This document shows, piece after piece, positions 48,956 through 62,878 of a stretch of DNA of 64,000 bases (positions within the stretch are counted from its first letter, which is position 1; every line of letters begins with the position of its first letter). The stretch comes from Gemmatimonadota bacterium (GTDB taxonomy: Bacteria; Gemmatimonadota; Gemmatimonadetes; Gemmatimonadales; GWC2-71-9): positions 1-64,000 of the forward strand of contig JBDHAB010000005.1 of NCBI GenBank assembly GCA_039588295.1, written 5' to 3'. The translations under genes and the position numbers were made by a program. The notes beneath the pieces are model-generated. The model worked only from the letters and a program-made list of their open reading frames with translations, did not search any database and was not told where the DNA came from.

Positions 48956-49910
48956 AGGTGTCCTCGTACCATTTGACGAATGCAGGGATCCCATCCTCAA
49001 TCTTGACCGTTGGCGCGTATCCGAGAACCGCTCGTGCCTTGCCGATATCGGCGAACGTGCGTTTCACATCGCCCGGCTGCGGCGGAAGCACCTCGATGCG
49101 CGGGGGGAAGCGTAGGGCAGCACCAATCAGCTCGATCAAGTAACTGAGCCGAACGGTTCGCGACACTCCCAAGTTGAAAATCTCGTGCGCCGCCTCATCG
49201 GGCTCGGTCCACGTCACTGCACCCAGCACCCCTTGGACGATGTCATCGATATGGGTGTAGTCCCGCTCAGTCGAGCCATCACCGAACTGCTGAATCGTCG
49301 ATCCTTGCTTCAGCAGCCGGGTGAACCGATGGATGGCGAGATCGGGACGCTGGCGCGGCCCATACACGGTGAAGAACCGAAGCGAGGCTATGCGCAATCC
49401 GTAGAGGTGCGTATACACCTGGCAGAGTAACTCGCCAGCTCGCTTCGTGGCGGCATAGGGAGAAATGGGGGCGAGCGCGGGCTCGTCCTCACGAAACGGG
49501 ACGGGAGTAGCATCGCCGTAGACGGACGAGGAGGAGCCGAAGACGAAGCGCCGAATTCCCGTTTGCCGAGCTGCCTCTAAGAGCTGTACCGTACCTTCCA
49601 CATTGATCGAACTGTACAGCATCGGCTGCTCGATACTTGGTCGCACGCCCGCCCGTGCCGCCAAATGCAGAATCACGTCGACCCCGTCGAGGAGGCTGGG
49701 AAACACACCGGCGTTTCGTATGTCGACCTCGATGAACGAAAATCCCTTGCGCCCAGAGAGTTCCGCGATCGCTTGCTCTTTGATCGTTCGATCGTAGAAC
49801 GGATCGAAATTGTCCACGCCAAGGACTTCATACGCGTTGTCCAGCAGCGCTCGGCAGCAGTGACCACCGATGAAGCCTGCCGCTCCCGTAACGAGCACGC
49901 GCTGCGTCAC
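48927..49910 (-). CDS. NAD-dependent epimerase, UDP-glucuronate 4-epimerase (CapI/WcaG)-like
   Basis: [51 protein letters not shown]. Confidence 0.88.
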   Translation of the reverse strand: MTQRVLVTGAAGFIGGHCCRALLDNAYEVLGVDNFDPFYDRTIKEQAIAELSGRKGFSFIEVDIRNAGVFPSLLDGVDVILHLAARAGVRPSIEQPMLYSSINVEGTVQLLEAARQTGIRRFVFGSSSSVYGDATPVPFREDEPALAPISPYAATKRAGELLCQVYTHLYGLRIASLRFFTVYGPRQRPDLAIHRFTRLLKQGSTIQQFGDGSTERDYTHIDDIVQGVLGAVTWTEPDEAAHEIFNLGVSRTVRLSYLIELIGAALRFPPRIEVLPPQPGDVKRTFADIGKARAVLGYAPTVKIEDGIPAFVKWYEDTYGRQSPTAT

Positions 49911-50842
49911 TGTCCGACTCGCTCTCTGAAGTACGCGATCGTCCGCCGCAGTCCCTCCTCCAACTCGATCTGGGGCTCCCAGCCCAGCTGGTCCATTGCC
50001 CGGCTAATGTTGGGCTGTCGCTGCTTGGGATCGTCGGTTGGCAGCGGCTCAAACACGATCTTCGAAGTGGAGCCGGTCAGGCGCTGCACGATCTCGGCCA
50101 GTTCCACGACCGTGAACTCCACTGGATTCCCGACGTTTGTGGGTCCCGCTTCCCCGTGCTCGAATAGCCGTACGATACCTTCGATAAGGTCCTCCACGTA
50201 ACAGAACGACCGAGTCTGTTCCCCGTCCCCGTACACGGTGAGCGGCTCGTCTCTGATCGCCTGCACGATGAAGTTCGAGACCACGCGGCCGTCGTTGGGT
50301 CGCATGCGCGGACCATACGTGTTGAAGATGCGAACAATGCGGGTGTCGAGACCGTGATAGCGATGGTACGCCATGGTCATGGCCTCGGCGAATCGCTTCG
50401 CCTCATCGTACACGCCTCGAGGGCCGATCGGGTTCACGTGTCCCCAGTACGTTTCGGGTTGCGGATGTTCCTGAGGATCACCGTACACCTCCGAGGTGCT
50501 GGCGAGCAGGAATCGCGCACCCTTTGCCTTTGCCAAGCCCAAAGAGTTGTGCGTGCCCAATGACCCGACTTTGAGCGTTTGGATCGGGAGTTGCAGGTAG
50601 TCAATCGGACTCGCCGGGGACGCGAAGTGAAACACCCCATCGACCTGTCCGTCCACGTCGATGAATTTCGTTACGTCGTGCCGGACGAACGAGAAGCGCT
50701 CGCCACGCTCCAAGTGGGCAATGTTGGCTAGACTCCCCGTGATCAAGTTGTCGATCCCAACCACCTCATGTCCGAGGGCAATAAGCCGATCGGTAAGGTG
50801 CGATCCGAGGAACCCCGCGGCTCCGGTTACGACGATACGCAT
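49907..50842 (-). CDS. uxs: UDP-glucuronate decarboxylase (UDP-xylose synthase) family
   Basis: [63 protein letters not shown]. Confidence 0.92.
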   Translation of the reverse strand: MRIVVTGAAGFLGSHLTDRLIALGHEVVGIDNLITGSLANIAHLERGERFSFVRHDVTKFIDVDGQVDGVFHFASPASPIDYLQLPIQTLKVGSLGTHNSLGLAKAKGARFLLASTSEVYGDPQEHPQPETYWGHVNPIGPRGVYDEAKRFAEAMTMAYHRYHGLDTRIVRIFNTYGPRMRPNDGRVVSNFIVQAIRDEPLTVYGDGEQTRSFCYVEDLIEGIVRLFEHGEAGPTNVGNPVEFTVVELAEIVQRLTGSTSKIVFEPLPTDDPKQRQPNISRAMDQLGWEPQIELEEGLRRTIAYFRERVGQ

Positions 50843-52149
50843 CAGGCCGCCCCTCGACCGAGCCCGTAGTACGTGAACCCGAGATCAGCCATCTTGCGTG
50901 GGTCGTAGAGGTTGCGACCATCCACCACCAGCGGACGCTGCATCAACTCCTTCATGCGCCCGAAGTTGGGATTGCGATATTCCATCCACTCCGTCACGAT
51001 CACCAGCGCATCAGCGCCCGCCAATGCATCGTACATATGGTCGGCGTACGCGATGCGGGCCCCGAAGAGACGACGCGCAGAACCAAGCGCCTCCGGATCA
51101 TGCGCGTGGACCTGTCCCCTGCCCGTGAGGATCGATTTGACCAACGGGATCGCCGGGCTCTCCCGCATGTCATCGGTCCGCGCTTTGAAGGCCAGCCCCC
51201 AGACTGCCACCTTCTTCCCCGCAACGGTTCCACCCATTGCCGCGGTGAGTTTCTCCCCAAGTTTGTGCTTCTGACGGTCGTTCACGGCTTCGACGGCCTT
51301 GAGGATGTCGAGCGAAACGTTACGATCGCCCGCCGTCCCTATCAGCGCCCGCACGTCCTTCGGGAAGCAGGAACCGCCGTAGCCAGGGCCTGGAAACAAG
51401 AAGGCCGATCCGATTCTGGCATCGCTGCCGATGCCGCGACGCACCAGCGTGATGTCGGCACCGACCTCCTCACACAGCTCGGCCATCTGGTTCATGAACG
51501 AAATGCGGGTGGCCAGCATGGCATTGGCTGCGTACTTCGTGAGCTCGGCTGACGCGATATCCATGAAGATGATTGGATTGCCCGTGCGCACGAACGGAGC
51601 GAATAGCTGGCGGAGAACCTCCTCTGCCTCCGGGGAATCGACCCCGATCACGACTCGATCCGGCTTCATGAAGTCTTCGACCGCAGCACCCTCCTTGAGA
51701 AACTCGGGGTTGGAGCAGACATGAAACCGCTGGGAGGTCCGGGCAGCGATGGTCTCACGAACCTTCGCCGCCGTCCCGACCGGCACCGTGCTCTTGGTGA
51801 TCACGACTTTCGCGCTGTTCATGTGATCGCCGATCAGCTCTGCGACGGCCACCACATGTTGGAGATCCGCGGAACCGTCCTCGTCCGGCGGCGTCCCAAC
51901 CGCAATGAAGACCACGTCGGACGCCTCGACCGCGGCACTGACATCAGTGGAGAACGCCAGCCGTCCCGCCGCACGATTGCCCGCAACCAACGGTTCCAAC
52001 CCAGGTTCGTAGATCGGGATCTTGTCCCGGTTGAGATCCGCTATCTTGTTCGCGTCGACGTCGGCACAGATCACATCGTTCCCGGTCTCCGCTAGACAAG
52101 CTCCGACGACGAGACCCACGTATCCGGTGCCGATCACCGCGACCCTCAT
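50842..52149 (-). CDS. ugd: UDP-glucose 6-dehydrogenase
   Basis: [56 protein letters not shown]. Confidence 0.95.
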   Translation of the reverse strand: MRVAVIGTGYVGLVVGACLAETGNDVICADVDANKIADLNRDKIPIYEPGLEPLVAGNRAAGRLAFSTDVSAAVEASDVVFIAVGTPPDEDGSADLQHVVAVAELIGDHMNSAKVVITKSTVPVGTAAKVRETIAARTSQRFHVCSNPEFLKEGAAVEDFMKPDRVVIGVDSPEAEEVLRQLFAPFVRTGNPIIFMDIASAELTKYAANAMLATRISFMNQMAELCEEVGADITLVRRGIGSDARIGSAFLFPGPGYGGSCFPKDVRALIGTAGDRNVSLDILKAVEAVNDRQKHKLGEKLTAAMGGTVAGKKVAVWGLAFKARTDDMRESPAIPLVKSILTGRGQVHAHDPEALGSARRLFGARIAYADHMYDALAGADALVIVTEWMEYRNPNFGRMKELMQRPLVVDGRNLYDPRKMADLGFTYYGLGRGAA

Positions 52150-53438
52150 TTCGCTTCCTTCCCTTTCAACGCGTTACGCGTGTCCACGACCCGCCTCGCC
52201 TGCCTCGACAGCATGTCGTAATCGAGGTTCGTGTGATCGGTGGCAATGACTACGCAGTCGGCCGCAGCGACGATGTCGGGCGTCAACGCGACACTCGAGA
52301 GATCGATCCCGTCTTCGCGAAGCTGCTCCACATACGGATCGTGATAGGATACGTTGGCTCCCTGAGCGAGAAGGAGTCGGACGATATCCAACGCCGGACT
52401 CTCTCTGACATCGTCGATGTCCTTCTTGTACGCCATACCGATGAGGAGCACGCGAGATCCCCGAACCGCCTTGGCATCCTCGTTCAGCCCTTCCGTGACC
52501 TTCCGCACCCAGAACGCCGGCATCTCGGAGTTGACCTCCCCGGCTACCTCGATGAACCGTGTCTTGTAGTTGAGCGCCCGCATCTTCCACGCGAGATAGT
52601 GCGGATCAATCGGGATGCAGTGTCCGCCCAGTCCCGGACCGGGCGTGAATTTCATGAAGCCAAACGGCTTGGTGGCGGCTGCATCGATGACTTCCCACAC
52701 GTTCACACCCAAGCGATCACACACCATCGCCATTTCGTTGACCAGGCCGATGTTCACACTACGGAACGTGTTCTCGAGCAGCTTGACGAGCTCCGCGGCC
52801 TCCGGTGAAGAAACCGGCACGAGTGTGTCGAACACGGGCTCGTAGAGGGAACGCACGACTCGACGGCATGCGGCGGTGACACCCCCAATCACTTTCGGCG
52901 TGTTGCGGGTCTGCCACGTCGGATTGCCCGGATCCACCCGCTCCGGACTGAACGCCAGGAACACGTCCGTGCCGACCTCCAGACCTTTCACCTGGATCCT
53001 CGGCAGTAGCAGTTCCCGTGTCGTCCCGGGATACGTTGTGCTCTCCAGCACCACCACCTGACCGGCACGCACCGTGCTGGTGACCGATTCGCCGGCGGCC
53101 AGTACAAAAGACACGTCTGGGTCCTTTGTCTTGGAGAGCGGAGTGGGAACGCAGATCGCGACGACATCCACCTCGCTCAACCGCTCCATGTCCGTGGTCG
53201 CGCTGATTCTTCCGTCCCGCACGAGCGGGTTGAGCCGGGCCGTGGGGACGTCCTGGATGTGGGATGTCCCACCATTGACGCGGTCCACCACGGCGTCTTT
53301 GACGTCGAATCCCAAGACGCTGTATCCGGCGTCCGCCACCTCGACCGCCAAGGGCAGTCCGACGTAGCCCAGGCCGACGACGCCAAACACCGCTGATCGG
53401 TCCGCCGCCTTCCGGAGCAACTGTTGCTCAGCGTTCAT
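52146..53438 (-). CDS. wbpA: UDP-N-acetylglucosamine 6-dehydrogenase (WbpA/WecC family)
   Basis: [56 protein letters not shown]. Confidence 0.85.
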   Translation of the reverse strand: MNAEQQLLRKAADRSAVFGVVGLGYVGLPLAVEVADAGYSVLGFDVKDAVVDRVNGGTSHIQDVPTARLNPLVRDGRISATTDMERLSEVDVVAICVPTPLSKTKDPDVSFVLAAGESVTSTVRAGQVVVLESTTYPGTTRELLLPRIQVKGLEVGTDVFLAFSPERVDPGNPTWQTRNTPKVIGGVTAACRRVVRSLYEPVFDTLVPVSSPEAAELVKLLENTFRSVNIGLVNEMAMVCDRLGVNVWEVIDAAATKPFGFMKFTPGPGLGGHCIPIDPHYLAWKMRALNYKTRFIEVAGEVNSEMPAFWVRKVTEGLNEDAKAVRGSRVLLIGMAYKKDIDDVRESPALDIVRLLLAQGANVSYHDPYVEQLREDGIDLSSVALTPDIVAAADCVVIATDHTNLDYDMLSRQARRVVDTRNALKGKEAK

Positions 53439-54465
53439 GGTGTCCTGCACCAGTTGTGGATGCGATCGGCACCCCCACCCCACCATTTGCCATTGACTCC
53501 GTTGCTGCCTCCAAGATTCGTACCACGCTGACCCCGTCCCACACACTTACCCGTGGTTTCGCCTCGCCGCGGGCCACTTGCACGAAGTGGCTCAGCTCAG
53601 CACTCAAGGGCTCCACATTGGGCACGCGGGGGATCGTGATGTCGCCCTCGCGGATCGCCAGGCTCTCGCCGTACGATGCATATTCCGGCGGCCGGTCCAC
53701 TCCCTTGTTGTAGATCCGGAGTTTCTCCCGAGCCTCCATGTCGTCGAACACGACCATCTTCTGTGAACCTACGACCGTGAGCCGCCGCTCCTTACGCGGA
53801 TCGAGCCACGACATCTGGACATGCGCGATGACTCCTGAGGCAAATTCCATGGTCATGAACACGACGTCCTCGATTCCAGGCTGGAGATAGCTCTTCCCCT
53901 GCGCCGTGACTCGTACCGGCAATTCACCCAACAGATCGAGCGCGACCGAGATGTCGTGTGGCCCGAAACTCCACAGCGCGTTTTCGTCGGGCCTCACTTG
54001 GCCGAGATTCACACGTTGGCTGTACAGGTAGTACGGCTCGCCCAGGTCACCCGCCTGTAGCATCCGTTTGAGCCGCTCGACGGCCGAGTGGAACACGAGG
54101 AGGTGCCCCACCACGACGGGAACCTTCTTCGAATCGGCGAGCCGTGCCACCTCGATTGCCCTCCCACTCGAGAGGGCAAAGGGCTTCTCCACCAGGGCCG
54201 GTAGCCCTCGCTCGATCGCCCGCGCAGTCAGCTCAGCATGCTCCGCCGCGGGCGTTGCGATCACAACCGCATCTGCACGATCGAACGCCTCGTCGGCTGT
54301 CGCGACCAAGGGCACTCCGGGATAGCGGCGCCCCACAGCATCCAGCTTCACGCGATCGACGTCACAGATGGCCGTCAACTCGGCATCGGCGAGCGCTGCC
54401 ACCGTGCGGACGTGATTGCGTCCCCAGTTCCCCACCCCGATTACCGCCACACGTAGCTTGGTCAT
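53428..54465 (-). CDS. Gfo/Idh/MocA family oxidoreductase (WbpB-like position)
   Basis: GVGNWGRNH, EKP, VGH, HDIS; lies between the DegT aminotransferase and the WbpA-like dehydrogenase. Confidence 0.85.
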   Translation of the reverse strand: MTKLRVAVIGVGNWGRNHVRTVAALADAELTAICDVDRVKLDAVGRRYPGVPLVATADEAFDRADAVVIATPAAEHAELTARAIERGLPALVEKPFALSSGRAIEVARLADSKKVPVVVGHLLVFHSAVERLKRMLQAGDLGEPYYLYSQRVNLGQVRPDENALWSFGPHDISVALDLLGELPVRVTAQGKSYLQPGIEDVVFMTMEFASGVIAHVQMSWLDPRKERRLTVVGSQKMVVFDDMEAREKLRIYNKGVDRPPEYASYGESLAIREGDITIPRVPNVEPLSAELSHFVQVARGEAKPRVSVWDGVSVVRILEAATESMANGGVGVPIASTTGAGHHER

Positions 54466-55577
54466 GAAAAGAACTCCCGCACCGCCCCGATCACGTAGTG
54501 CTGCTGGTCCTCCGACAGCTCGGGGTAGACCGGCAGGGACAGAACCTCTCGGCACGCCCGCTCAGCCTCCGGCAACTGCCCTTCGTGGTAGCCCAGCGGC
54601 GCAAAACACGGCTGCAGATGGAGGGGCTTGGGATAGTACACCGCACTCCCAATGCCTTGCTCCGTCAGGTGCCGCTTCAGCTCATCACGGCGCTCGACGC
54701 GAAGCGTGTATTGATGAAACGTGTGTTCGTTGGCGTCGTCGCTTGCCGGCGTCGTCACCCCGTCCAGTCCGCCAAACGCTGCATTGTAGCGGTGCGCATT
54801 GGCCCGCCGCGCGGCGTTCCAATCGTTCAAATGCGCGAGCTTGACCAGCAGCACGGCAGCCTGCAGCGTGTCCAGCCGACTGTTGATGCCAACTTCTTCG
54901 TGATGGTACTGCTTGGCACCTCCGTGCGTCCGGAGCCGCCGCAACCGCTCAGCGCGCTGCACGTCTTGGCACGCGATCATGCCGCCGTCGCCCCATCCGC
55001 CGAGGTTCTTGCTGGGGAAGAACGACAGCGCCCCCGTTGCCCCAAGCCCACCCGCTCGGCACCACGTGCCTTCAATCTGACGCCGTGCCCCGATGGCCTG
55101 CGCCGCGTCCTCGATGATCGCTAGGCCGTGGCGCTCGGTGAGGGCAAGAACCTCTTCCATCGCCGCCATCTGCCCGAACAGGTGCACAGGGACAATCGCA
55201 CGCGTACGCCCCGTGACGGCGGCCCGGGTCTGCTCAAGGTCCAGGTTGAAGTTGTGGGGATCGATATCGACGAACACTGGCGTTCCGCCCGCATTCACGA
55301 TCGCACCGGCTGTGGCGAAGAATGTGAACGTCGATGTGATCACCTCGTCGCCGGGCTCGAGATCCAGCGTTTTGAGCGAGAGCAAGAGCCCATCGGTCCC
55401 GCTGGCGCAGGCAATTCCCTCGCGCGCGCCGCAGAATGCCGCAACGGCGTTCTCCAATCGCTTCACCGGCTCGCCCATGATGAACTGCTGCGACTCGACG
55501 GCGTCGAGCAGCGCCGGCACCACCTCGTCGCGTATCGCCTCGAGCTGGGCCCGAAGGTCCAGCAGGGGAACCTGCAC
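54462..55577 (-). CDS. wbpE: DegT/DnrJ/EryC1/StrS aminotransferase (WbpE-like)
   Basis: SGTDGL, PVHLFGQ, EDAAQA, SFFPSKNLG..GDGG (PLP Lys), NSRLDTLQAA, LSLP. Confidence 0.88.
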   Translation of the reverse strand: MQVPLLDLRAQLEAIRDEVVPALLDAVESQQFIMGEPVKRLENAVAAFCGAREGIACASGTDGLLLSLKTLDLEPGDEVITSTFTFFATAGAIVNAGGTPVFVDIDPHNFNLDLEQTRAAVTGRTRAIVPVHLFGQMAAMEEVLALTERHGLAIIEDAAQAIGARRQIEGTWCRAGGLGATGALSFFPSKNLGGWGDGGMIACQDVQRAERLRRLRTHGGAKQYHHEEVGINSRLDTLQAAVLLVKLAHLNDWNAARRANAHRYNAAFGGLDGVTTPASDDANEHTFHQYTLRVERRDELKRHLTEQGIGSAVYYPKPLHLQPCFAPLGYHEGQLPEAERACREVLSLPVYPELSEDQQHYVIGAVREFFS

Positions 55578-55605
55578 ACCTCTCTCCAAGTTCAGGAAAC
55601 GCAAA

Positions 55606-55634
55606 AACTTACGCGATAGCCTACCGGGAGGCAA
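55606..55634 (-). promoter_or_regulatory. Possible internal sigma70 promoter upstream of the aminotransferase
   Basis: Minus strand TTGCCT-N17-TAAGTT. Confidence 0.4.
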
Positions 55635-56196
55635 TCGGTGCCAGTTGGCCGGCGGCCTCGCGGTAGCGCGAGCCACACCGATCGCAGATACCCGCGCCTC
55701 CACTCACGTGAAGCCGCTCACCACACTGGCACATCCAGCCCACACGCCGAGCCGGCACACCAACCATCAAGGCATAGCTCGGTACGTCCGAGGTGACCAC
55801 GGCTCCGGCTCCGACGAATGCGTATTCCCCGAGCGTGACGCCACACACGATCGTGGCGTTGGCGCCAACGGCGACCCCCCGCCGGACCAGCGTGGGCTGG
55901 TACTCCTGCTTGCGCGACACGTGGCTCCGCGGCGTCGACACATTCGTGAACACGCACGACGGTCCGCAGAACACATCGTCTTCAAGGGTCACGCCTTCGT
56001 AAATCGAGACGTTGTTCTGGATCTTGACATTGTTGCCGATCTTCGTCCCGGGCATCACGACGACGTTTTGTCCAAGGCTGCAACCCTCCCCGATCACCGC
56101 CCCGGCCATGACGTGACAGAAATGCCAGATCTTGGTGCCGGTGCCGATTCTGGCACCGTCGTCGACGTAGGCGCTTTCGTGGGTGAAGTAGTCCAT
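55621..56196 (-). CDS. wbpD: Hexapeptide-repeat N-acetyltransferase (WbpD/WlbB-like)
   Basis: [58 protein letters not shown]. Confidence 0.9.
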   Translation of the reverse strand: MDYFTHESAYVDDGARIGTGTKIWHFCHVMAGAVIGEGCSLGQNVVVMPGTKIGNNVKIQNNVSIYEGVTLEDDVFCGPSCVFTNVSTPRSHVSRKQEYQPTLVRRGVAVGANATIVCGVTLGEYAFVGAGAVVTSDVPSYALMVGVPARRVGWMCQCGERLHVSGGAGICDRCGSRYREAAGQLAPIASR

Positions 56197-56200
56197 AGCG

Positions 56201-56263
56201 TTGTCAGTTGTCGGTTATCAGGCTTCGGCTGTCAGTTGTCAGCTGTCAGCTATCGGCCGTCAG
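56201..56263. repeat. Nine tandem degenerate heptamers (approx. YTRTCRG)
   Basis: ttgtcag ttgtcgg ttatcag gcttcgg ctgtcag ttgtcag ctgtcag ctatcgg ccgtcag. Confidence 0.88.
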
Positions 56264-56300
56264 CGTGCCGGTCCCCGTTGACCACTCACTTTCTTTGTCC

Positions 56301-56342
56301 CATTCACTTTTCACCTTTCACTCTTCACTGCTCACAGCTCAC
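56301..56342. repeat. Six tandem degenerate heptamers (NNYTCAC) overlapping the murB stop
   Basis: cattcac ttttcac ctttcac tcttcac tgctcac agctcac. Confidence 0.8.
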
Positions 56343-57258
56343 CAATGATTTCCACTTCCAGCTCCAACTCCACTCCGTACTCCTTCATCACCTTCTCCCG
56401 CACCACGGCGATTATCGCCACCACGTCGCTGGCCGTCGCATACCCCGTGTTGACGATGTAGTTCGCGTGTACGGTCGATACCTCCGCACCGCCGACCCGG
56501 AACCCCTTGAGTCCGAGGGAGTCGATGAGCTGCCCCGCCGACCTGGGGGCGCCGGTGCCACTCGGATTGCGGAAGACGGAACCGCAGCATGGCTCATTGA
56601 ACGGAGTCCCGGCCTTGCGCCACCGAAGGTGCTGTCGGATCTCTCGCTCCAGCTGACGTGGATCGGCGGGCTGGAGCTCGACAGTCGTCCCCACGACGAC
56701 CGCATTATCGAGTCCACTTCTTCGATACCGCCACGCAATCTCGCTGCCATGCAAGACCCCGACCGACCCGTCAGCCCGCACCACATCTACGGTCCGCACC
56801 ACCTGCGAGAAGTCTTGCCCGTGGGCGCCGGCGTTCATGAACACGCCGCCTCCGACCGTGCCCGGTACGCCTACCAGCCGCTGCATGCCCGCCAGACCCG
56901 CCTTCGCCGTTCGCCGCGCCAACCGGGGCGTGGGAAGACCCGCTCCGACACTCCACACGGTCGGGTCGCCCCCGATCTTCTGCGCGATGCGATCGAGACC
57001 TTGTCCCAGCCGGAGGACGATGCCATCAAACCCCTGATCTGCAATCAGCACGTTGGAGCCCAGTCCCAGCGCGAGCCAGCGCAGCCCGGTCTCGCGAGCG
57101 ACACCAAGCGCCGCGGCCACGTCCTCGGTATCCACCGTCTGCACCAACGCCGCCGCAGGGCCGCCAATGCGGTAGGTTGTGTACTCCGCGAGCGGCTCAT
57201 CAAACCGCACCTCTCCGCGGACACGCGCAGCCAGCTCCTGCAAGGCCGTGGTGTTCAC
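56332..57258 (-). CDS. murB: UDP-N-acetylenolpyruvoylglucosamine reductase
   Basis: TTYRIGGPA, GLGSNVL, GVPGTVGG.VFMNAGA, YRRS, GSVFRNP, HANYIVN.G.ATA.DV, LELEV. Confidence 0.96.
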   Translation of the reverse strand: MNTTALQELAARVRGEVRFDEPLAEYTTYRIGGPAAALVQTVDTEDVAAALGVARETGLRWLALGLGSNVLIADQGFDGIVLRLGQGLDRIAQKIGGDPTVWSVGAGLPTPRLARRTAKAGLAGMQRLVGVPGTVGGGVFMNAGAHGQDFSQVVRTVDVVRADGSVGVLHGSEIAWRYRRSGLDNAVVVGTTVELQPADPRQLEREIRQHLRWRKAGTPFNEPCCGSVFRNPSGTGAPRSAGQLIDSLGLKGFRVGGAEVSTVHANYIVNTGYATASDVVAIIAVVREKVMKEYGVELELEVEIIGEL

Positions 57259-57312
57259 GTGCGGGCGCCTGCGCTTGGACCCATTTCGCCGGTTCCTCCG
57301 TTCACCCTCCGC

Positions 57313-60300
57313 TCACGCTTCTTCGACCGATCCGGGTTCCGTCATCTCATACCACTCCTGCAGACACCTCACCATGCTCCGTCTGCTCTTGAGCGCGAGC
57401 ACAGCGTCACATGCAGCACTCGCGGCCGACATGGTCGTGATATATGGGACGCGGTGCTGCACGGCCGAGCGGCGAATGAGGTAGTCGTCTTTCTGTGTCA
57501 GCTTGCCGAGCGGCGTATTGATGAGGAGCTGTACCTCACCGGAGACGAGCAAGTCCACAGCGTTGGGGCGACCCTCGTGCACCTTGGCAGCCAATTTCAC
57601 TGCAATCCCACGCGATTTGAGATACCGGGCAGTGCCCTCCGTGGCCATGATGTGGAATCCCATCTCATGAAACCGACGAACGATGGGCAGGACGGTTGGC
57701 TTGTCATTGTCATTGACGGTGACGAAGATCGTGCCCTCCAGCGGCAGCGCATCACCGGCGCCTACCTGTGCTTTGGCAAACGCCATCCCGAAGCTGTCGG
57801 CCACGCCCATGACCTCCCCTGTCGAGCGCATCTCAGGACCCAGCTGCACGTCGGCGTTGGGCAGCTTCGTGAATGGGAAGACCGCCTCCTTGACCGCAAC
57901 ATAGGAGATGGCCGGCTCATCAGTGACGCCAAGTGCCTCAAGCGACCGTCCGACCATCACTCCAGCCGCGAGTTTCGCCAGCGGGACCCCCGTGGCCTTG
58001 CTCACAAACGGAACGGTGCGCGACGCGCGCGGGTTCACCTCCAGCACGTAAACGACACCTCCTTTGACGGCGTACTGCACGTTGATGACACCGACCACAC
58101 CGAGCCTCTCCGCGAACCGTCGCGTATGCTCGCGCATCTGCTGCACTGCGCGATCATCGAGTAGGTAGGGCGGCAGCACACATGCGGAGTCACCCGAGTG
58201 CACCCCAGCATCTTCAATGTGTTGCATCACGCCCCCGATCACGCACCGATCGCCGTCGGAAATGGCATCAACATCCGCTTCGAATGCATCCTCCAGAAAC
58301 TGGTCGAGCAGCACGGGGTGATCCGGTGACACCTGAACGGCACGGTGGAAGTATTCCGCCAGTTCCTTTTCGTTGTACACAACTTCCATCGCTCGTCCGC
58401 CGAGAACGTAGGAAGGCCGAACGAGAATGGGGTAGCCGACCTCCGCGGCCACCTGCACCGCTTCCTCCACGGTCACGGCGGTTCCGTTGGGCGGCTGCGC
58501 CACACCCAACTCTCGCGTCAGCTTGTCGAACCGACGACGATCCTCGGCAAGATCGATTGCCTCCGGGCTCGTCCCGAGGATCGGAACCCCGGCAGCCTCG
58601 AGACCCTTGGCCAGCTTGAGCGGGGTCTGTCCGCCGAGCTGCACCACCACGCCCATGGGTTGTTCGAGCCGCACGATCTCGAGTACGTCTTCGAGGGTCA
58701 GTGGCTCGAAGTACAGCTTGTCGGAAATGTCGAAGTCGGTGGAAACCGTCTCCGGGTTGGAGTTGATCATAATCGTGCGGAAGCCAAGCTCCCGGAACGC
58801 GAGGCCGGCCCGCACGCAGCAATAGTCGAACTCCACTCCCTGCCCGATCCGGTTGGGGCCACTCCCCAAGATCACGACGCCACGGGCACCAAGCGACTCC
58901 GATTCGTTCTCCTCCTCATACGAGGAGTAGTAGTACGGCGTGGCCGACGGGAACTCGCCTGCGCACGTATCAACGACCTTGTAGCTCGGATGCACGCCGA
59001 GCTTCCAACGGAGTGTTCGCACGGCGTGCTCGGTTGTCCCACGCAGCTCAGCCAACTGGCGGTCTGAGAATCCCAACCGCTTCATCGACCTGAGCTGCGT
59101 GGCGTCCAGCGATTCCGCAACTCGGAAGCGCCGCTCGGCCTCCAGCAGATCCTCGAGTTGAGCAAGAAACCACCGATCGATCCCCGTGAGCGTCGCGATT
59201 TCAGCCGGCCGCACCCCTCGGAGGAGCGCCCGCTTGATCTGGAACGTGCGTTCCGGCGTGGGCGTGCGCAGCGCGACCCGCAGCTCGTCGTCGTCGCCGA
59301 GTTCAAGTCCGTCGTCAGTCAACGTGCCATACACCCACCCCGGCCGATCGATTTCGAGCGACCGCAGCCCCTTTTGAAACGCTTCCTTGAACGTGCGTCC
59401 GATCGCCATGGACTCACCCACCGACTTCATCTGGGTCGTGAGCCGTGCGTCGGCCGAGGGAAACTTCTCGAAGGCAAACCGGGGAAACTTCACCACGACG
59501 TAGTCGAGCACCGGCTCGAACGACGCTGGCGTCGTCTTGGTGATGTCATTGGGCAACTCGTCGAGCGTATACCCGACGGCGAGCTTCGTGCCGATACGCG
59601 CAATGGGGAAGCCCGTTGCCTTCGACGCCAACGCCGATGAGCGGGACACACGGGGATTCATCTCGATGGTGAGCATCTCACCAGTTTCAGGGTGCAGCGC
59701 GAATTGGATGTTACACCCACCGGCATCCACACCGATCTCCCGAATGATCGCGATCGCCGCATCGCGCATCACTTGATACTCACGGTCGGTCAGCGTCATC
59801 GCCGGTGCAACGGTGATCGAATCACCGGTATGCACGCCCATCGGATCCATGTTCTCAATGGAACAGACGATGACAACGTTGTCCCGATGGTCGCGCATGA
59901 CCTCGAGTTCGAATTCCTTCCACCCCAACACCGACTGCTCGATGAGCGCCGAGCCAACTGGTGACAGGTCCAGCGCCCGACGTACCAGCTCTTCGTATTC
60001 TTCGAGGTTGTATGCGACACCCCCTCCGGTGCCACCCAGTGTGAACGACGGTCGAATGATCGCGGGATAGCCGGTGTCCTCGATAAGTGTGAGCGCTTCA
60101 TCGCGCGAATTCACTACCGCGCCCCGCGGTACGGCAAGGCCGATCCGTTTCATCGCGGCCGCAAACTCCTTGCGGTCCTCGGCCATGCGAATCGCCCGCT
60201 CATCCGCACCGATCAACTCCACTCCATGGCGTTCGAGCGTCCCGTCCATGACGAGCGCCATCGCCACGTTCAGCGCGGTCTGTCCACCCATGGTCGGCAG

Positions 60301-60541
60301 GAGCGCGTCCGGACGTTCCCGCTCGATCACTTGCGTCACCCACTCGGGGGTGACGGGCTCGATGTAGGTCCGATCTGCCAACTCGGGGTCGGTCATGATG
60401 GTGGCCGGATTCGAGTTGACGAGAATGACGCGATAGCCCTCTTCCTTGAGCGCCTTGACCGCCTGGGTACCGGAGTAGTCGAACTCGGCAGCCTGACCGA
60501 TAACGATCGGGCCGGACCCGATGAGCAGGATGCTCTCGATG

Positions 60542-60558
<17 letters not shown>
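57313..60558 (-). CDS. carB: Carbamoyl-phosphate synthase large subunit
   Basis: [24 protein letters not shown], two ATP-grasp halves ([19 protein letters not shown]), [13 protein letters not shown]-like C-terminus. Confidence 0.98.
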
Positions 60559-62460
<1,902 letters not shown>

Positions 62461-62499
62461 TCAGGCCTGTGGGGCGGCATCATGGGCCGGCCATTGGGG

Positions 62500-62528
62500 T
62501 TGTAGGGAGCCATCGGTGTCGTTAGTGT
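62500..62528 (+). promoter_or_regulatory. Possible sigma70 promoter of rpmB
   Basis: TTGTAG-N17-TAGTGT. Confidence 0.4.
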
Positions 62529-62577
62529 TCTATGCTTCATTCCCGAGTATCTTGGACCAGCACCGAACGAGTTAGCC

Positions 62578-62796
62578 ATGGCACGTGTCTGCGATATCTG
62601 CGGCAAGGGACCGAGCTTCGGCCACAACGTCAGCCACGCCAACAACAAGACCAACCGGCGGTGGTACCCGAACCTTCAGCGGGTGCGGGCGCTCGTCAAC
62701 GGTGAGGTCAAGCGGATCCGCGTGTGCACGCAGTGTATCAAATCCAACCGGGTTATGAAGGCGCCACGGAGACCGTCGTCCATACCGACCCAGTGA
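62578..62796 (+). CDS. rpmB: 50S ribosomal protein bL28 (Cys-containing form)
   Basis: [31 protein letters not shown]...RVCTQCIKS. Confidence 0.96.
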   Translation: MARVCDICGKGPSFGHNVSHANNKTNRRWYPNLQRVRALVNGEVKRIRVCTQCIKSNRVMKAPRRPSSIPTQ

Positions 62797-62821
62797 CCGT
62801 GCCGTAGCGTCGATAGACCTC

Positions 62822-62852
62822 AAAAAAACGGGGACCAAGAGGTCCCCGTCTT
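62822..62852 (-). terminator. Rho-independent terminator of the rpoA-rplQ transcript (possibly bidirectional)
   Basis: acggggacc-aaga-ggtccccgt hairpin flanked by A7 on plus, i.e. a U-tract on minus. Confidence 0.8.
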
Positions 62853-62878
62853 GCGTTCGCAGTGCTTGCGGCAGGACC

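Noticed and set aside
56201..56342. Repeat arrays as a possible CRISPR
   Set aside because: Units are contiguous 7-mers without spacers, and there are no cas genes in the window.
55093..58164. 1023-aa plus-strand ORF
   Set aside because: Antisense shadow of wbpE, wbpD, murB and carB. It has no recognisable motifs and reads through the repeat arrays; long antisense frames are common at high GC.
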